From positions 1,887,076 through 1,951,075 of the forward strand of contig OX638344.1 in the NCBI GenBank assembly GCA_951813555.1: DNA of 64,000 nucleotides, given 5' to 3'. The notes beneath the pieces were generated by a model. The model was not told the origin of the DNA. It saw only the letters and a program-made list of their open reading frames with translations, and ran no database searches. This document shows, one piece after another, positions 19,544-27,198 of this stretch (position 1 is its first letter; every line of letters begins with the position of its first letter). This DNA is from an uncultured Acidimicrobiales bacterium. Its GTDB lineage: Bacteria; Actinomycetota; Acidimicrobiia; Acidimicrobiales; Bin134. Position numbers and translations under genes: made by a program.

Positions 19544-19830
19544 TCGACCACCGCGTCGCAGTCGGGGACTGACTGGCAGGTGAGGATGAAACCCTCTTCC
19601 ACCTCGTCGGGTTCCAGCGCTTCGTTGGCCCGCATAGTGACACTTCCCTCGGCGAGAAACGCCATGCAAGTGGCACAGTTGCCGGCCTCGCAAGAGAACG
19701 GCGGGCTGAGCCCGGCCCGGCGGGCCGACTCCAGCACCGTGTCGCCTTCGATGTAGTCCATTGTGCGGCGCTTGCCCCGGAAGATGATGGTCAAGCTGAT
19801 GGGGTTGTTCATCTCGTCCGATGGCTGCAT
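19528..19830 (-). CDS. Plant-type [2Fe-2S] ferredoxin
   Basis: Cys pattern SCEAGNCATC...LTC. The true start may be the internal ATG (MNNPISL) at 19812. Confidence 0.8.
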   Translation of the reverse strand: MQPSDEMNNPISLTIIFRGKRRTMDYIEGDTVLESARRAGLSPPFSCEAGNCATCMAFLAEGSVTMRANEALEPDEVEEGFILTCQSVPDCDAVVDYDSL

Positions 19831-19840
19831 CTTGGAAGCT

Positions 19841-20165
19841 TCATTTCTGGCAAACGGCGGCGATCACTCCGCCATCGACCAAGATGTCGGTGCCGGTGAT
19901 GAACGAGGCCGCGGGCGAGCACAGAAAGGCGACCACCGCGGCAATCTCCTCGGGGCGTCCAGGGCGGGCTAGCGGTCCAATCTCCATGAGCTCTTTGGCC
20001 CCTGAACCTGAATCCATCTCGGCGTTGCCCATTGGAGTTGCGATCAGTGATGTCGCAGGCCACATCGCCTCCGGAGATGTCGGCCACCAGAGCGGTTCCC
20101 GGCAAAAGCGGCACGGTGGCAGCCCCGATGCCTGAGGCTCCGCCGATGACGACGTTCATAGCCAT
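19841..20165 (-). pseudogene. Short-chain dehydrogenase/reductase remnant (internal deletion plus frameshift)
   Basis: An SDR N-terminus ([17 protein letters not shown]) sits in one frame (ORF 19809-20165). An SDR C-terminus ([31 protein letters not shown]) sits in another frame (19841-20065). The total span is only ~325 nt, versus ~750 nt for an intact SDR. Confidence 0.55.
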
Positions 20166-20258
20166 AGCGATTCGACGGTACCATCAACCTATCGAAGCAT
20201 CGGCGGCGGACAAGCGGTTGCGAAGGGCGTCCAGTCGACAGAAAAGCAATGGGCGGGG

Positions 20259-21320
20259 GTGCTCGTGTCAGATCAGAACCTGTCACCGGTGAGGGGCCGT
20301 CGGGTTGTGCAGTGGGCGACCGGCAATATCGGGCTGAGAGCACTGCGCCATGTGATCGAGCACCCTGGCTTCGAGTTGGTCGGCGTGCGGGTCTATGACC
20401 CCGAGAAGGTGGGCACCGACGCCGGCGAACTGTGCGGCTTGGCATCGGTCGGCGTCGAGGCGGTCGGCGATGACGATGCTGTAGTGGCCCTTCGGCCCGA
20501 CTGCGTGCTCTACATGCCGCGGGAGGCCGATGCCAGCGCCCTTTGCCGCCTACTGGAAGCGGGGATCAACGTGGTCTCGACCTGCGGGACGATTCACCAC
20601 CCGCCGAGCATGGATCCCGGGTTGCGGTCGCGCCTCGAAGAGGCCTGCGAGCGGGGCGGGGCCACCATTCACGCCACCGGCAGCAGCCCCGGTTTCATCA
20701 CCGAGGCGGTCCCGCTGGTGCTGGCATCCATCCAGCGCCGGCTCGACCATCTCACCATTGATGAGTTCGCCAACCTGTCCCAGCGTCCATCGCCCGACCT
20801 CCTATTCGGTCAGATGGGTTTCGGCCGCCCGCTGGCTGAAATGGATCCGAGGCGCTTTACTCATGGTCGGGAGAGCTTTGGGCCGTCGTTGCGGCTGGTG
20901 GCCGACGCCCTGTCGATCCCGCTTGACGATCTGGTTGCCGGCGGCGAGATGGCGGTGGCCGCTCGGTCGGTGGACATCGTGGCCGGCACCATCGAGGCCG
21001 GCACGGTGGCGGCCCAGCGGATCACCGTCGGCGGGATGCGGAACGGCCGCGAGGTGCTGACGTTTCGGGCCACGTGGTACTGCACTGAGGACATCGAACC
21101 CGCCTGGCCTCTGATGTCGACCGGTTGGCGGGTCTCGGTGGAGGGCGACGCTCCGCTGGAAGTCGATCTCCGGTTTCCGGTCACCCTCAGCCAGATGGCC
21201 ACGGTGACCCCGGGTTATACCGCCAACCGAGCGGTTAACGCCGTGCCCATGGTGTGCGACGCCCCTCCGGGAATCCGCACCACGCTCGATTTGCCGCCGA
21301 TTGTGCCGGTGCTGAGCTGA
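20259..21320 (+). CDS. DapB-N-like NAD(P)-binding protein (amine dehydrogenase/dihydrodipicolinate reductase-like family)
   Basis: 353 aa. The N-terminal VVQWATGNIGLRALRHVIEHPGFELVGV is typical of this family. GTG start. Confidence 0.6.
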   Translation: MLVSDQNLSPVRGRRVVQWATGNIGLRALRHVIEHPGFELVGVRVYDPEKVGTDAGELCGLASVGVEAVGDDDAVVALRPDCVLYMPREADASALCRLLEAGINVVSTCGTIHHPPSMDPGLRSRLEEACERGGATIHATGSSPGFITEAVPLVLASIQRRLDHLTIDEFANLSQRPSPDLLFGQMGFGRPLAEMDPRRFTHGRESFGPSLRLVADALSIPLDDLVAGGEMAVAARSVDIVAGTIEAGTVAAQRITVGGMRNGREVLTFRATWYCTEDIEPAWPLMSTGWRVSVEGDAPLEVDLRFPVTLSQMATVTPGYTANRAVNAVPMVCDAPPGIRTTLDLPPIVPVLS

Positions 21321-21337
21321 GATCGGGGATCTGATCG

Positions 21338-21769
21338 CTAACTTGCCTCTGGGGCCGGTCGGCCGGGGTCGTGGGGCCGGCCGGAGTCGCGGGATCCGCT
21401 GCGGCGCAGGAAGGTCATAGAGCGGGTGGCCAGCCGCCAACCCTTGTCGGTGCGGCGGTAGGTGTCGTTGTAGTAGCCGATCCGCATGTCGTGGTTGGAT
21501 TGGTCGACGAAGCACAGCGGCTGGGTTCCGGTGGCTTCGTCGCCGTCGAGGTCGATCTCGGGGGGGCCGACCAGGAACAGGCCCTTGGGGGCGGCGGCCA
21601 CCAGCCGGGGGAAGTCAGCCAGGGCGTACTCGTCGCCGAATGCGCTGTAGGTGCCGTCGTAGGTGAACACCTCCATAACGGTTTCGATGTCGTCTTTGGT
21701 CATACCGACGGCATAGCGGGCGAGCAACTGCTCGATCTCGATTATGTCGGCCATTTGCGCTTGGTCCAT
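21338..21769 (-). CDS. SnoaL-like / NTF2-fold protein
   Basis: 143 aa. The N-terminal IEIEQLLARYAVGMTKDD pattern is typical of SnoaL_4 proteins. Confidence 0.65.
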   Translation of the reverse strand: MDQAQMADIIEIEQLLARYAVGMTKDDIETVMEVFTYDGTYSAFGDEYALADFPRLVAAAPKGLFLVGPPEIDLDGDEATGTQPLCFVDQSNHDMRIGYYNDTYRRTDKGWRLATRSMTFLRRSGSRDSGRPHDPGRPAPEAS

Positions 21770-21772
21770 GGT

Positions 21773-22993
21773 TCAGGGGATCACATTCTGGAGTTTGAGC
21801 TCGATGATCTGGTCGTAGTCGAGGCCCAGAATCCGCTGGAGGATCTCGTCGCCGTGCTCGTTGAATTCGGGGGCCCGGAGGGGCGTGGCCGGCTGGCCGC
21901 CAAATTGGACGGGAGGTGAGACCAGGGTGAAGGGGAGGCCCTCGGCTGACTCGTAGCGCTGCACGTAGCCGTTGGCCACTGCCTGGGGGTCGACGGCCAC
22001 TTCGAGGGTGTCCTGCACCACCGCCCATTGCCCGGAGAAGTCCTCCAGGGCCTCGCGCCACTCGGCCAGGGTGCGCTCGGCGAAGGCCTCGGCCAACAGC
22101 TCCACACCCGCCGCCGCGTTCTCGGCAATCAAGCTGGCGTCGGCGAACTGCTCGTCTTCGGCCAGTTCGGGGCGGCCCACCACCGCGCAGGTCTCGGCCC
22201 AGTACTTGCCCGCTTGCAGGCAGGTGAGGAAGATGAACCGGCCGTCCTTGGTCCGATAGATGTTGCTCAGCGGGTTGCGAATCGTCATGTCTTTGGGGCG
22301 GCCCCGCCAGGGGGTCTGGTGCTGGAGCGACATGGCGATGGTCGCCCCCATCGACCACATGCCCACGCCGAGCAGGGACACATCCACGGTGGTGGCCTCT
22401 CCGGTGCGCTCCCGGTGGAACAGGGCGCCCATGATGCCCCCGGCGATGGTCATGGCCCCGATGGAGTCGCCGAACGCCGGTCCGGGCGGGCCGACCACCT
22501 CATCGTCGTCGGGGGGAGTGAGCGCCGCGGCCACGCTGGAGCGAGACCAGTAGGCCAGCGAGTCGTACGAGCCCTTGTCGCGGTCGGGCCCCTTCTCGCC
22601 CTGGCCGCCCCCGCACACGTAGATGATGTCGGGGTTGTGGGCTCGGATCTCGTCGAGGTCGATGTGCAGCTTCTGGCGGACGCTGGGCAGCTTGTTGGTG
22701 AGGAACACGTCGCTGGCCTCAGCCAGGCGGTACAAGATGTCGAGTCCTGCCTCTGAAGTCAGGTCGAGGCCGAGGCTCTGCTTGCCCCGGTTGGAGTGCT
22801 CCAGCAGCACGTGGGCGCCGCCGCCGAGCGAAACCGTGCCGCTAGAGGCCAGGCCCCGCATGGCGTCGCCCCGCTCCACATGTTCGATCTTGACTATCTC
22901 CGCGCCCCACTCGGCCAGAATCGCCGAAGCCGCGGGCACAAAGGTGTGCTCGGCCACCTCGAGGATGCGGACACCTTGCATGACATCGGTCAT
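21773..22993 (-). CDS. Family III CoA-transferase (CaiB/BaiF)
   Basis: 406 aa. The N-terminal GVRILEVAEHTFVPAASAILAEWGAEIVKIE is typical of the family. Confidence 0.85.
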   Translation of the reverse strand: MTDVMQGVRILEVAEHTFVPAASAILAEWGAEIVKIEHVERGDAMRGLASSGTVSLGGGAHVLLEHSNRGKQSLGLDLTSEAGLDILYRLAEASDVFLTNKLPSVRQKLHIDLDEIRAHNPDIIYVCGGGQGEKGPDRDKGSYDSLAYWSRSSVAAALTPPDDDEVVGPPGPAFGDSIGAMTIAGGIMGALFHRERTGEATTVDVSLLGVGMWSMGATIAMSLQHQTPWRGRPKDMTIRNPLSNIYRTKDGRFIFLTCLQAGKYWAETCAVVGRPELAEDEQFADASLIAENAAAGVELLAEAFAERTLAEWREALEDFSGQWAVVQDTLEVAVDPQAVANGYVQRYESAEGLPFTLVSPPVQFGGQPATPLRAPEFNEHGDEILQRILGLDYDQIIELKLQNVIP

Positions 22994-23029
22994 CGGGCCC
23001 TCCGGTTCAGATGAGTGCGAGGCCGCGAG

Positions 23030-23518
23030 TCAGCTCTGCTGTTGGGCGAGCTGGCGGGCGTGGGCGTAGACGCCCTGGTCGTAGGAGAACTCCACCATGT
23101 TCCCATCGGGGTCGGCCAGCATGCAGATGTACCCGATGGGAGGCGGCATGTCGGTGGGGGGCATGGCCAGACACCCGCCGGCGCCTCCCTTGGCGGCCGC
23201 TTCCTCGACTGCCTCCCGGCTGGTGAGCTCCATGCCCAGGTGGGCGAAGGGGGCCAGTTTGGCGATGGGCGAGCCCTTGAACGGGTCGGTATCGGGGAAG
23301 AACTGGGCCAGCACCAAGATGAACGGCGAGTCGGGGGAATCGCCGTGGCCCAGCCAGGCCCCGTAGCCCATGTCGTCCTCGCGCCGGTCCAACAGGCGCA
23401 TGGGGGTGTAGGTGGTGTACCAGTCGATGGTGGCGTCCATGTTGGCCACCCGCAGGGCGATGTGAGTCCAGCGGGCGGCCGGGGGGTGTACGTCGTAGAC
23501 GGGATCGTGGTCTGCCAC
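23030..23518 (-). CDS. VOC (glyoxalase/bleomycin-resistance/dioxygenase) family protein
   Basis: 162 aa with VOC-like beta-alpha-beta-beta-beta sequence pattern (HIALRVANMD..., FAHLGMEL...). Confidence 0.7.
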   Translation of the reverse strand: MADHDPVYDVHPPAARWTHIALRVANMDATIDWYTTYTPMRLLDRREDDMGYGAWLGHGDSPDSPFILVLAQFFPDTDPFKGSPIAKLAPFAHLGMELTSREAVEEAAAKGGAGGCLAMPPTDMPPPIGYICMLADPDGNMVEFSYDQGVYAHARQLAQQQS

Positions 23519-23525
23519 GGCAGCC

Positions 23526-24014
23526 TTACTCGTCGGTCCAGCCGTCGGGGATCTGGGGGTCGTCGCCGCCCTTGGTCCACAAGATCAGCGTGTTGCCCCA
23601 CGGGTCCTTGAAAGCGGCGTTGAACCCGTTGAACTCGGCCCAGTAGTGGTCGCGCCACAGCTCGGTGGCCCCTCGGGCCACGGCCCGTTCCATGATGGCG
23701 TCGGAGTCGTCGTCGCTGACCAGTATCCAGATCCGCACGCTGCGGCCGTCATGCGACAGGCCGCGGGGCTCCACGCCGGCGGGGTCGGGGTGGGGGCGGG
23801 CGTTGGCCGCGTTGTGGATCCCCATGTGCAGGTTGCCGATCTCGCTCTGGGAGCCGTCGTCCAGCTGGAAGTTCTGGCCGGGGACTATACGGTGGAACAC
23901 GCCAGCGGGGCGAGGCTCCACCTCCCAGCCGAATACCTCGTGGTAGAAGGCGGCTGACGCCTCAGGGTCATCGGAGGCGAAGTCAACGAAGATAAGAGTG
24001 TTTGGATAGGTCAT
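23526..24014 (-). CDS. VOC family protein
   Basis: 162 aa. FYHEVFGWEV is a typical glyoxalase-fold N-terminus. Tandem with the preceding VOC gene. Confidence 0.7.
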   Translation of the reverse strand: MTYPNTLIFVDFASDDPEASAAFYHEVFGWEVEPRPAGVFHRIVPGQNFQLDDGSQSEIGNLHMGIHNAANARPHPDPAGVEPRGLSHDGRSVRIWILVSDDDSDAIMERAVARGATELWRDHYWAEFNGFNAAFKDPWGNTLILWTKGGDDPQIPDGWTDE

Positions 24015-24042
24015 CGTTCCTATTTCTAGTTCATCCTCGGGG

Positions 24043-25476
24043 TCATCGCAGGGGCCAGAGCGAGCGCGGTTGGATGCCGGATCGCTCGATGAGGGATCGG
24101 GCGGCTAGACGGGCCTCGGCTTGCCGCGAGTCGACGTCCACCGTGGTGCAGCGGCCGTCGGCAACTACTAGGTGGCCGTCGACTAGAACGTCGGTGACTG
24201 AACGGCCTCCGCTCGCCCACACCAGTTGCAGGATCGGGTCGGGGCTGGGCGGCTGCCATTGGATTCCGGAGCGGTCGATCACGACGATGTCGGCGGCCTT
24301 GCCCGCCTCCAGGGAGCCGATCCGGTCGGCCATGCCCACCGCTTCGGCCCCGGCGATGGTCAACAGCTCGAAGGCGTGGTGGGCGCCGAACGCGGTGGGG
24401 TCGGCGGAGGTGTCCTTGGCCAGACCGGCGAACAGGGCCGCGGCCCGCAGACCGTCGATGGCGTCGCCGGCGTTCTCGGTGTCGCACCCCAGCGCCAGCC
24501 GGCCGTCCCGCCGCCAAAGGTCCAGATGGGCGAAGCGTTCGGTGAGACCTTGTCCCAGCCGCAGATAGGCCCACGGGCAGGAGGCCACCGCAGTGCCGGT
24601 GGCCACCAGGGCTTCCAGTTCGGCGTCGTCAATGTGTACGGCGTGGCCCACCAGCACATTCGGGCCGAGCACCCCCAAGCGGTCGAGGTGTACCAGTGGG
24701 CGGTGGCCAGTTCTCTCCAAGTAGCTAGCTGCGTCGTTGGGGGTGGGGGATAGGTGGAAGCTCAGCCGCCTTCCGGTGGGGCGGGCCAGATCGGCGGCAG
24801 CCACCACCAAGTCGTCGGACATCAGGTCGTGGCCCACCAATGTGACCGACGCATCCACCAGGCCGCCGGGCGGGTACCGCTCCAAGAGGTCCCGTTGGGC
24901 GTCGATCACCTCGTCGACCGGGCCGGACTGGGGCAGACCGTCGGCGTCCGACCCCCAGCGGCCGATGGCCCCTCGGACGCCCACCGCGGCCATGGCCTGG
25001 GCCACCCGGTCGGGGTGGGCCACCGTGCCCGCGTCGATGGTGGTGGTGATGCCGTTGGTCACCGCCTCAATCAGCCCCAAGGTGGCGGCCAGCTCGTCAT
25101 CGTCGCCGGTGACGTGCTCGTGAACGGGGACGATCCACTCGAAGATGGCCGCGCCGGGGGGCAGATCGTCGGGGATGGCCGAGGCCACCAGCCGGTCGGC
25201 GGTCAGGTGCTGATGGGCGTTGACGAAGCCGGGAGTGACCAGCGATCCCGGAGAGCCCCGCTCCGGAGAGTCGGGGAATTGCTGCCGAATATCGTCGGCC
25301 TTGCCCACCGCGGCGATTGTGTTGCCAGTCACCGCCACCGCGCCGCCCGCAACGATGGTGCGCTCGGCGTCCATGGTCACGATGTCGCCGGTGATAACCC
25401 AGTCAGCCGTGGCCACGGCTATCGACCCTACTGGCGCATTGATGTGGGAACACGAAATGGGCGACGGGGGTAACAT
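24043..25476 (-). CDS. Amidohydrolase (ATZ/TRZ / aminodeaminase-like)
   Basis: HxH motif GFVNAHQHL. ATG 25474-25476 would lie only 6 nt from the divergent start at 25483, so the alternative GTG at 25416 (VATADWVITGD) is plausible. Confidence 0.8.
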   Translation of the reverse strand: MLPPSPISCSHINAPVGSIAVATADWVITGDIVTMDAERTIVAGGAVAVTGNTIAAVGKADDIRQQFPDSPERGSPGSLVTPGFVNAHQHLTADRLVASAIPDDLPPGAAIFEWIVPVHEHVTGDDDELAATLGLIEAVTNGITTTIDAGTVAHPDRVAQAMAAVGVRGAIGRWGSDADGLPQSGPVDEVIDAQRDLLERYPPGGLVDASVTLVGHDLMSDDLVVAAADLARPTGRRLSFHLSPTPNDAASYLERTGHRPLVHLDRLGVLGPNVLVGHAVHIDDAELEALVATGTAVASCPWAYLRLGQGLTERFAHLDLWRRDGRLALGCDTENAGDAIDGLRAAALFAGLAKDTSADPTAFGAHHAFELLTIAGAEAVGMADRIGSLEAGKAADIVVIDRSGIQWQPPSPDPILQLVWASGGRSVTDVLVDGHLVVADGRCTTVDVDSRQAEARLAARSLIERSGIQPRSLWPLR

Positions 25477-25482
25477 CGGCCC

Positions 25483-26505
25483 ATGAAGGGGAACGGCGAT
25501 TCTGGCCAACTTGTTGGGCAGCCGGCACTGGATCACCAGTGGTATCCGATAGCCCTTGTCGAGGACATCTCGCCGGGGCCGGTGGGAATCCAGGTGCTGG
25601 GCCGTCGCTACGTGTTGTGGCGCTCAGAGGACGGGTCGCTCACCGCGGCGCCCGACCGCTGCCCTCACCGGGAGTCTCCGCTGTCTGAGGGCCGCATGGT
25701 AGACGGCTGCGTGGAGTGCCCCTATCACGGGTGGCGGTTCGGAGCCGGGGGCCGGTGCGAGATGGTGCCTTCGTCGCCGCCTGGCACCCCGGTGCCCCCC
25801 AAGGCCCACCTCAACACCGTTTCTGTGGAGGAGCGCTACGGGTTGGCGTGGCTGTGTCCGGGCAAACCGCTGGGGAGGATTCCCGAGATTCCCCAGGAGG
25901 CCAATCCCTCGTTCCGGCGGCTCAATACCCCCTTCCAGCAGTGGGCGGTGTCGGCCACCCGGATTACCGACAACTTCATGGACTTCTCCCACTTCCCCTT
26001 CGTCCACACCGCCACTTTCGGCTTGGCCCAGGAAACGGTGGTGCCGCCGCTGGAGATGGGCGACCTGCCCGACGGCTATCGGGGCTATGTGTATGAGGTA
26101 AACGCCAACAACACCAGCGACGCGGGCCAGACCGTCACCGGCCAGGAAGACGACGTGCTGCACCGCCGGATGACCACCGGATACGTGCTGCCGTTCTCGG
26201 TGCGCAGCACCATCGCCTATGAATCCGGTTTGGAGCACATCTTGTTGTTGCTGACCACACCGATGGACGATGTGAATTCGCTGTTCAACTTCGTGGTGTG
26301 GCGCAACGACGACTTCTCAGTGCCCGCTGATGAGATCATGCAGTTCGACCTGGCCATCGGCGCCGAAGACAAAGCCATGCTGGAGAAGCTCGAAGGCGTC
26401 CTCCCCATGGACCTAACCGCCACCGTCAGCGTCCAATCCGACCGCCCCTCAGTCGAATGGCGCCGCAGCCTCGCCGCCCTACTAGCCGAAGGCGGCGCGG
26501 GCTAG
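25483..26505 (+). CDS. Rieske [2Fe-2S] domain oxygenase (PaO/VanA-like, ~340 aa)
   Basis: Rieske ligands CPHRE...CPYHGW. The start is uncertain (see the divergent neighbour). Confidence 0.8.
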   Translation: MKGNGDSGQLVGQPALDHQWYPIALVEDISPGPVGIQVLGRRYVLWRSEDGSLTAAPDRCPHRESPLSEGRMVDGCVECPYHGWRFGAGGRCEMVPSSPPGTPVPPKAHLNTVSVEERYGLAWLCPGKPLGRIPEIPQEANPSFRRLNTPFQQWAVSATRITDNFMDFSHFPFVHTATFGLAQETVVPPLEMGDLPDGYRGYVYEVNANNTSDAGQTVTGQEDDVLHRRMTTGYVLPFSVRSTIAYESGLEHILLLLTTPMDDVNSLFNFVVWRNDDFSVPADEIMQFDLAIGAEDKAMLEKLEGVLPMDLTATVSVQSDRPSVEWRRSLAALLAEGGAG

Positions 26506-26531
26506 CGGGCGGTCGCAGCCTCCAGAGAAGG

Positions 26532-26603
26532 TCTATCTTCCGATTTATGGGAAATCTATCTTCTATTTTGGGGACTTTTTGTCTTCAGTTTTGTAACTAG
26601 GGG
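26532..26603 (+). repeat. Degenerate ~21-23 bp tandem repeats in a short AT-rich intergenic patch
   Basis: TCTATCTTCCGATTTATGGG (26532-26551), TCTATCTTCTATTTTGGGG (26555-26573), and a weaker third unit ending TAGGGG (about 26577-26603). Confidence 0.4.
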
Positions 26604-26664
26604 ATGGCAGGCGCATAGGACTCGGTATATTGGGCATCAGATATTGCCTGAGAGGGATACCGCA

Positions 26665-26847
26665 ATGTCAGCAAAGTCTTTGCTCCAGTGGCCGGTGACT
26701 GCACTGGCGAGCCGTCGTGAGCGTCGCGCTGCCGCAGAAGACTCCCAGGCCAGCATTCCGGATCCCCATGGCGATATCGCAGCGGGAAGGTACACCCGCT
26801 ATCTCAACTCTGATGAGTTCTTGGCGTCATTCGAAGAGGACGCGTGA
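26665..26847 (+). CDS. Putative antitoxin-like small protein (partner of 26857-27165)
   Basis: 60-aa ORF. GAGAGGGA lies 6-7 nt upstream of the ATG and the ORF ends 9 nt before the next gene. It is loosely similar to 55877-56080. No family recognised. Confidence 0.4.
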   Translation: MSAKSLLQWPVTALASRRERRAAAEDSQASIPDPHGDIAAGRYTRYLNSDEFLASFEEDA

Positions 26848-26856
26848 TCTTGGGCA

Positions 26857-27165
26857 GTGCCCACGTATGACAAGACCGAGACATTTCGACGCGGTTACAA
26901 ACATCTGAGTAGACGGGATCAGGAGCAATTTCTGGCTGCCCTGAGGTCGTTCATCGAGGACTTGGAAGCTAGGGACGCTGGACAGGCCTTGGGTACCCCA
27001 TTCCGCCCCGCTCTACGCGTTAAGCGAGTGCAAGGGGAACGAGGGGTGTGGGAGATGACATGGGCCCCGGACGGACGGGCAACCTTCACCTATGGGAAGC
27101 CGATCCTGGACGACACGACGCACATCGTCTGGCTTGACATAGGAGGTCACGAGATCCTCCCTTGA
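26857..27165 (+). CDS. RelE/ParE-superfamily-like toxin candidate
   Basis: 102 aa with a GTG start. The pattern F..gyk.L...........l..fi.dL......LRVKRVQG..GVWEMTW..DGRATF......HIVWLDIGGHEIL matches the RelE/ParE sequence logic. Paralog at 56103-56405. Confidence 0.55.
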   Translation: MPTYDKTETFRRGYKHLSRRDQEQFLAALRSFIEDLEARDAGQALGTPFRPALRVKRVQGERGVWEMTWAPDGRATFTYGKPILDDTTHIVWLDIGGHEILP

Positions 27166-27198
27166 GAGCCGATGGCGTTGCGGCTTTGGTAGCCGGCA

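Noticed and set aside
26546-26599. 17-codon mini-ORF (MGNLSSILGTFCLQFCN) inside the tandem repeats
   Set aside because: It has no convincing SD, is very short, and is created by the repeat units themselves. There is no support beyond an ATG and a stop.
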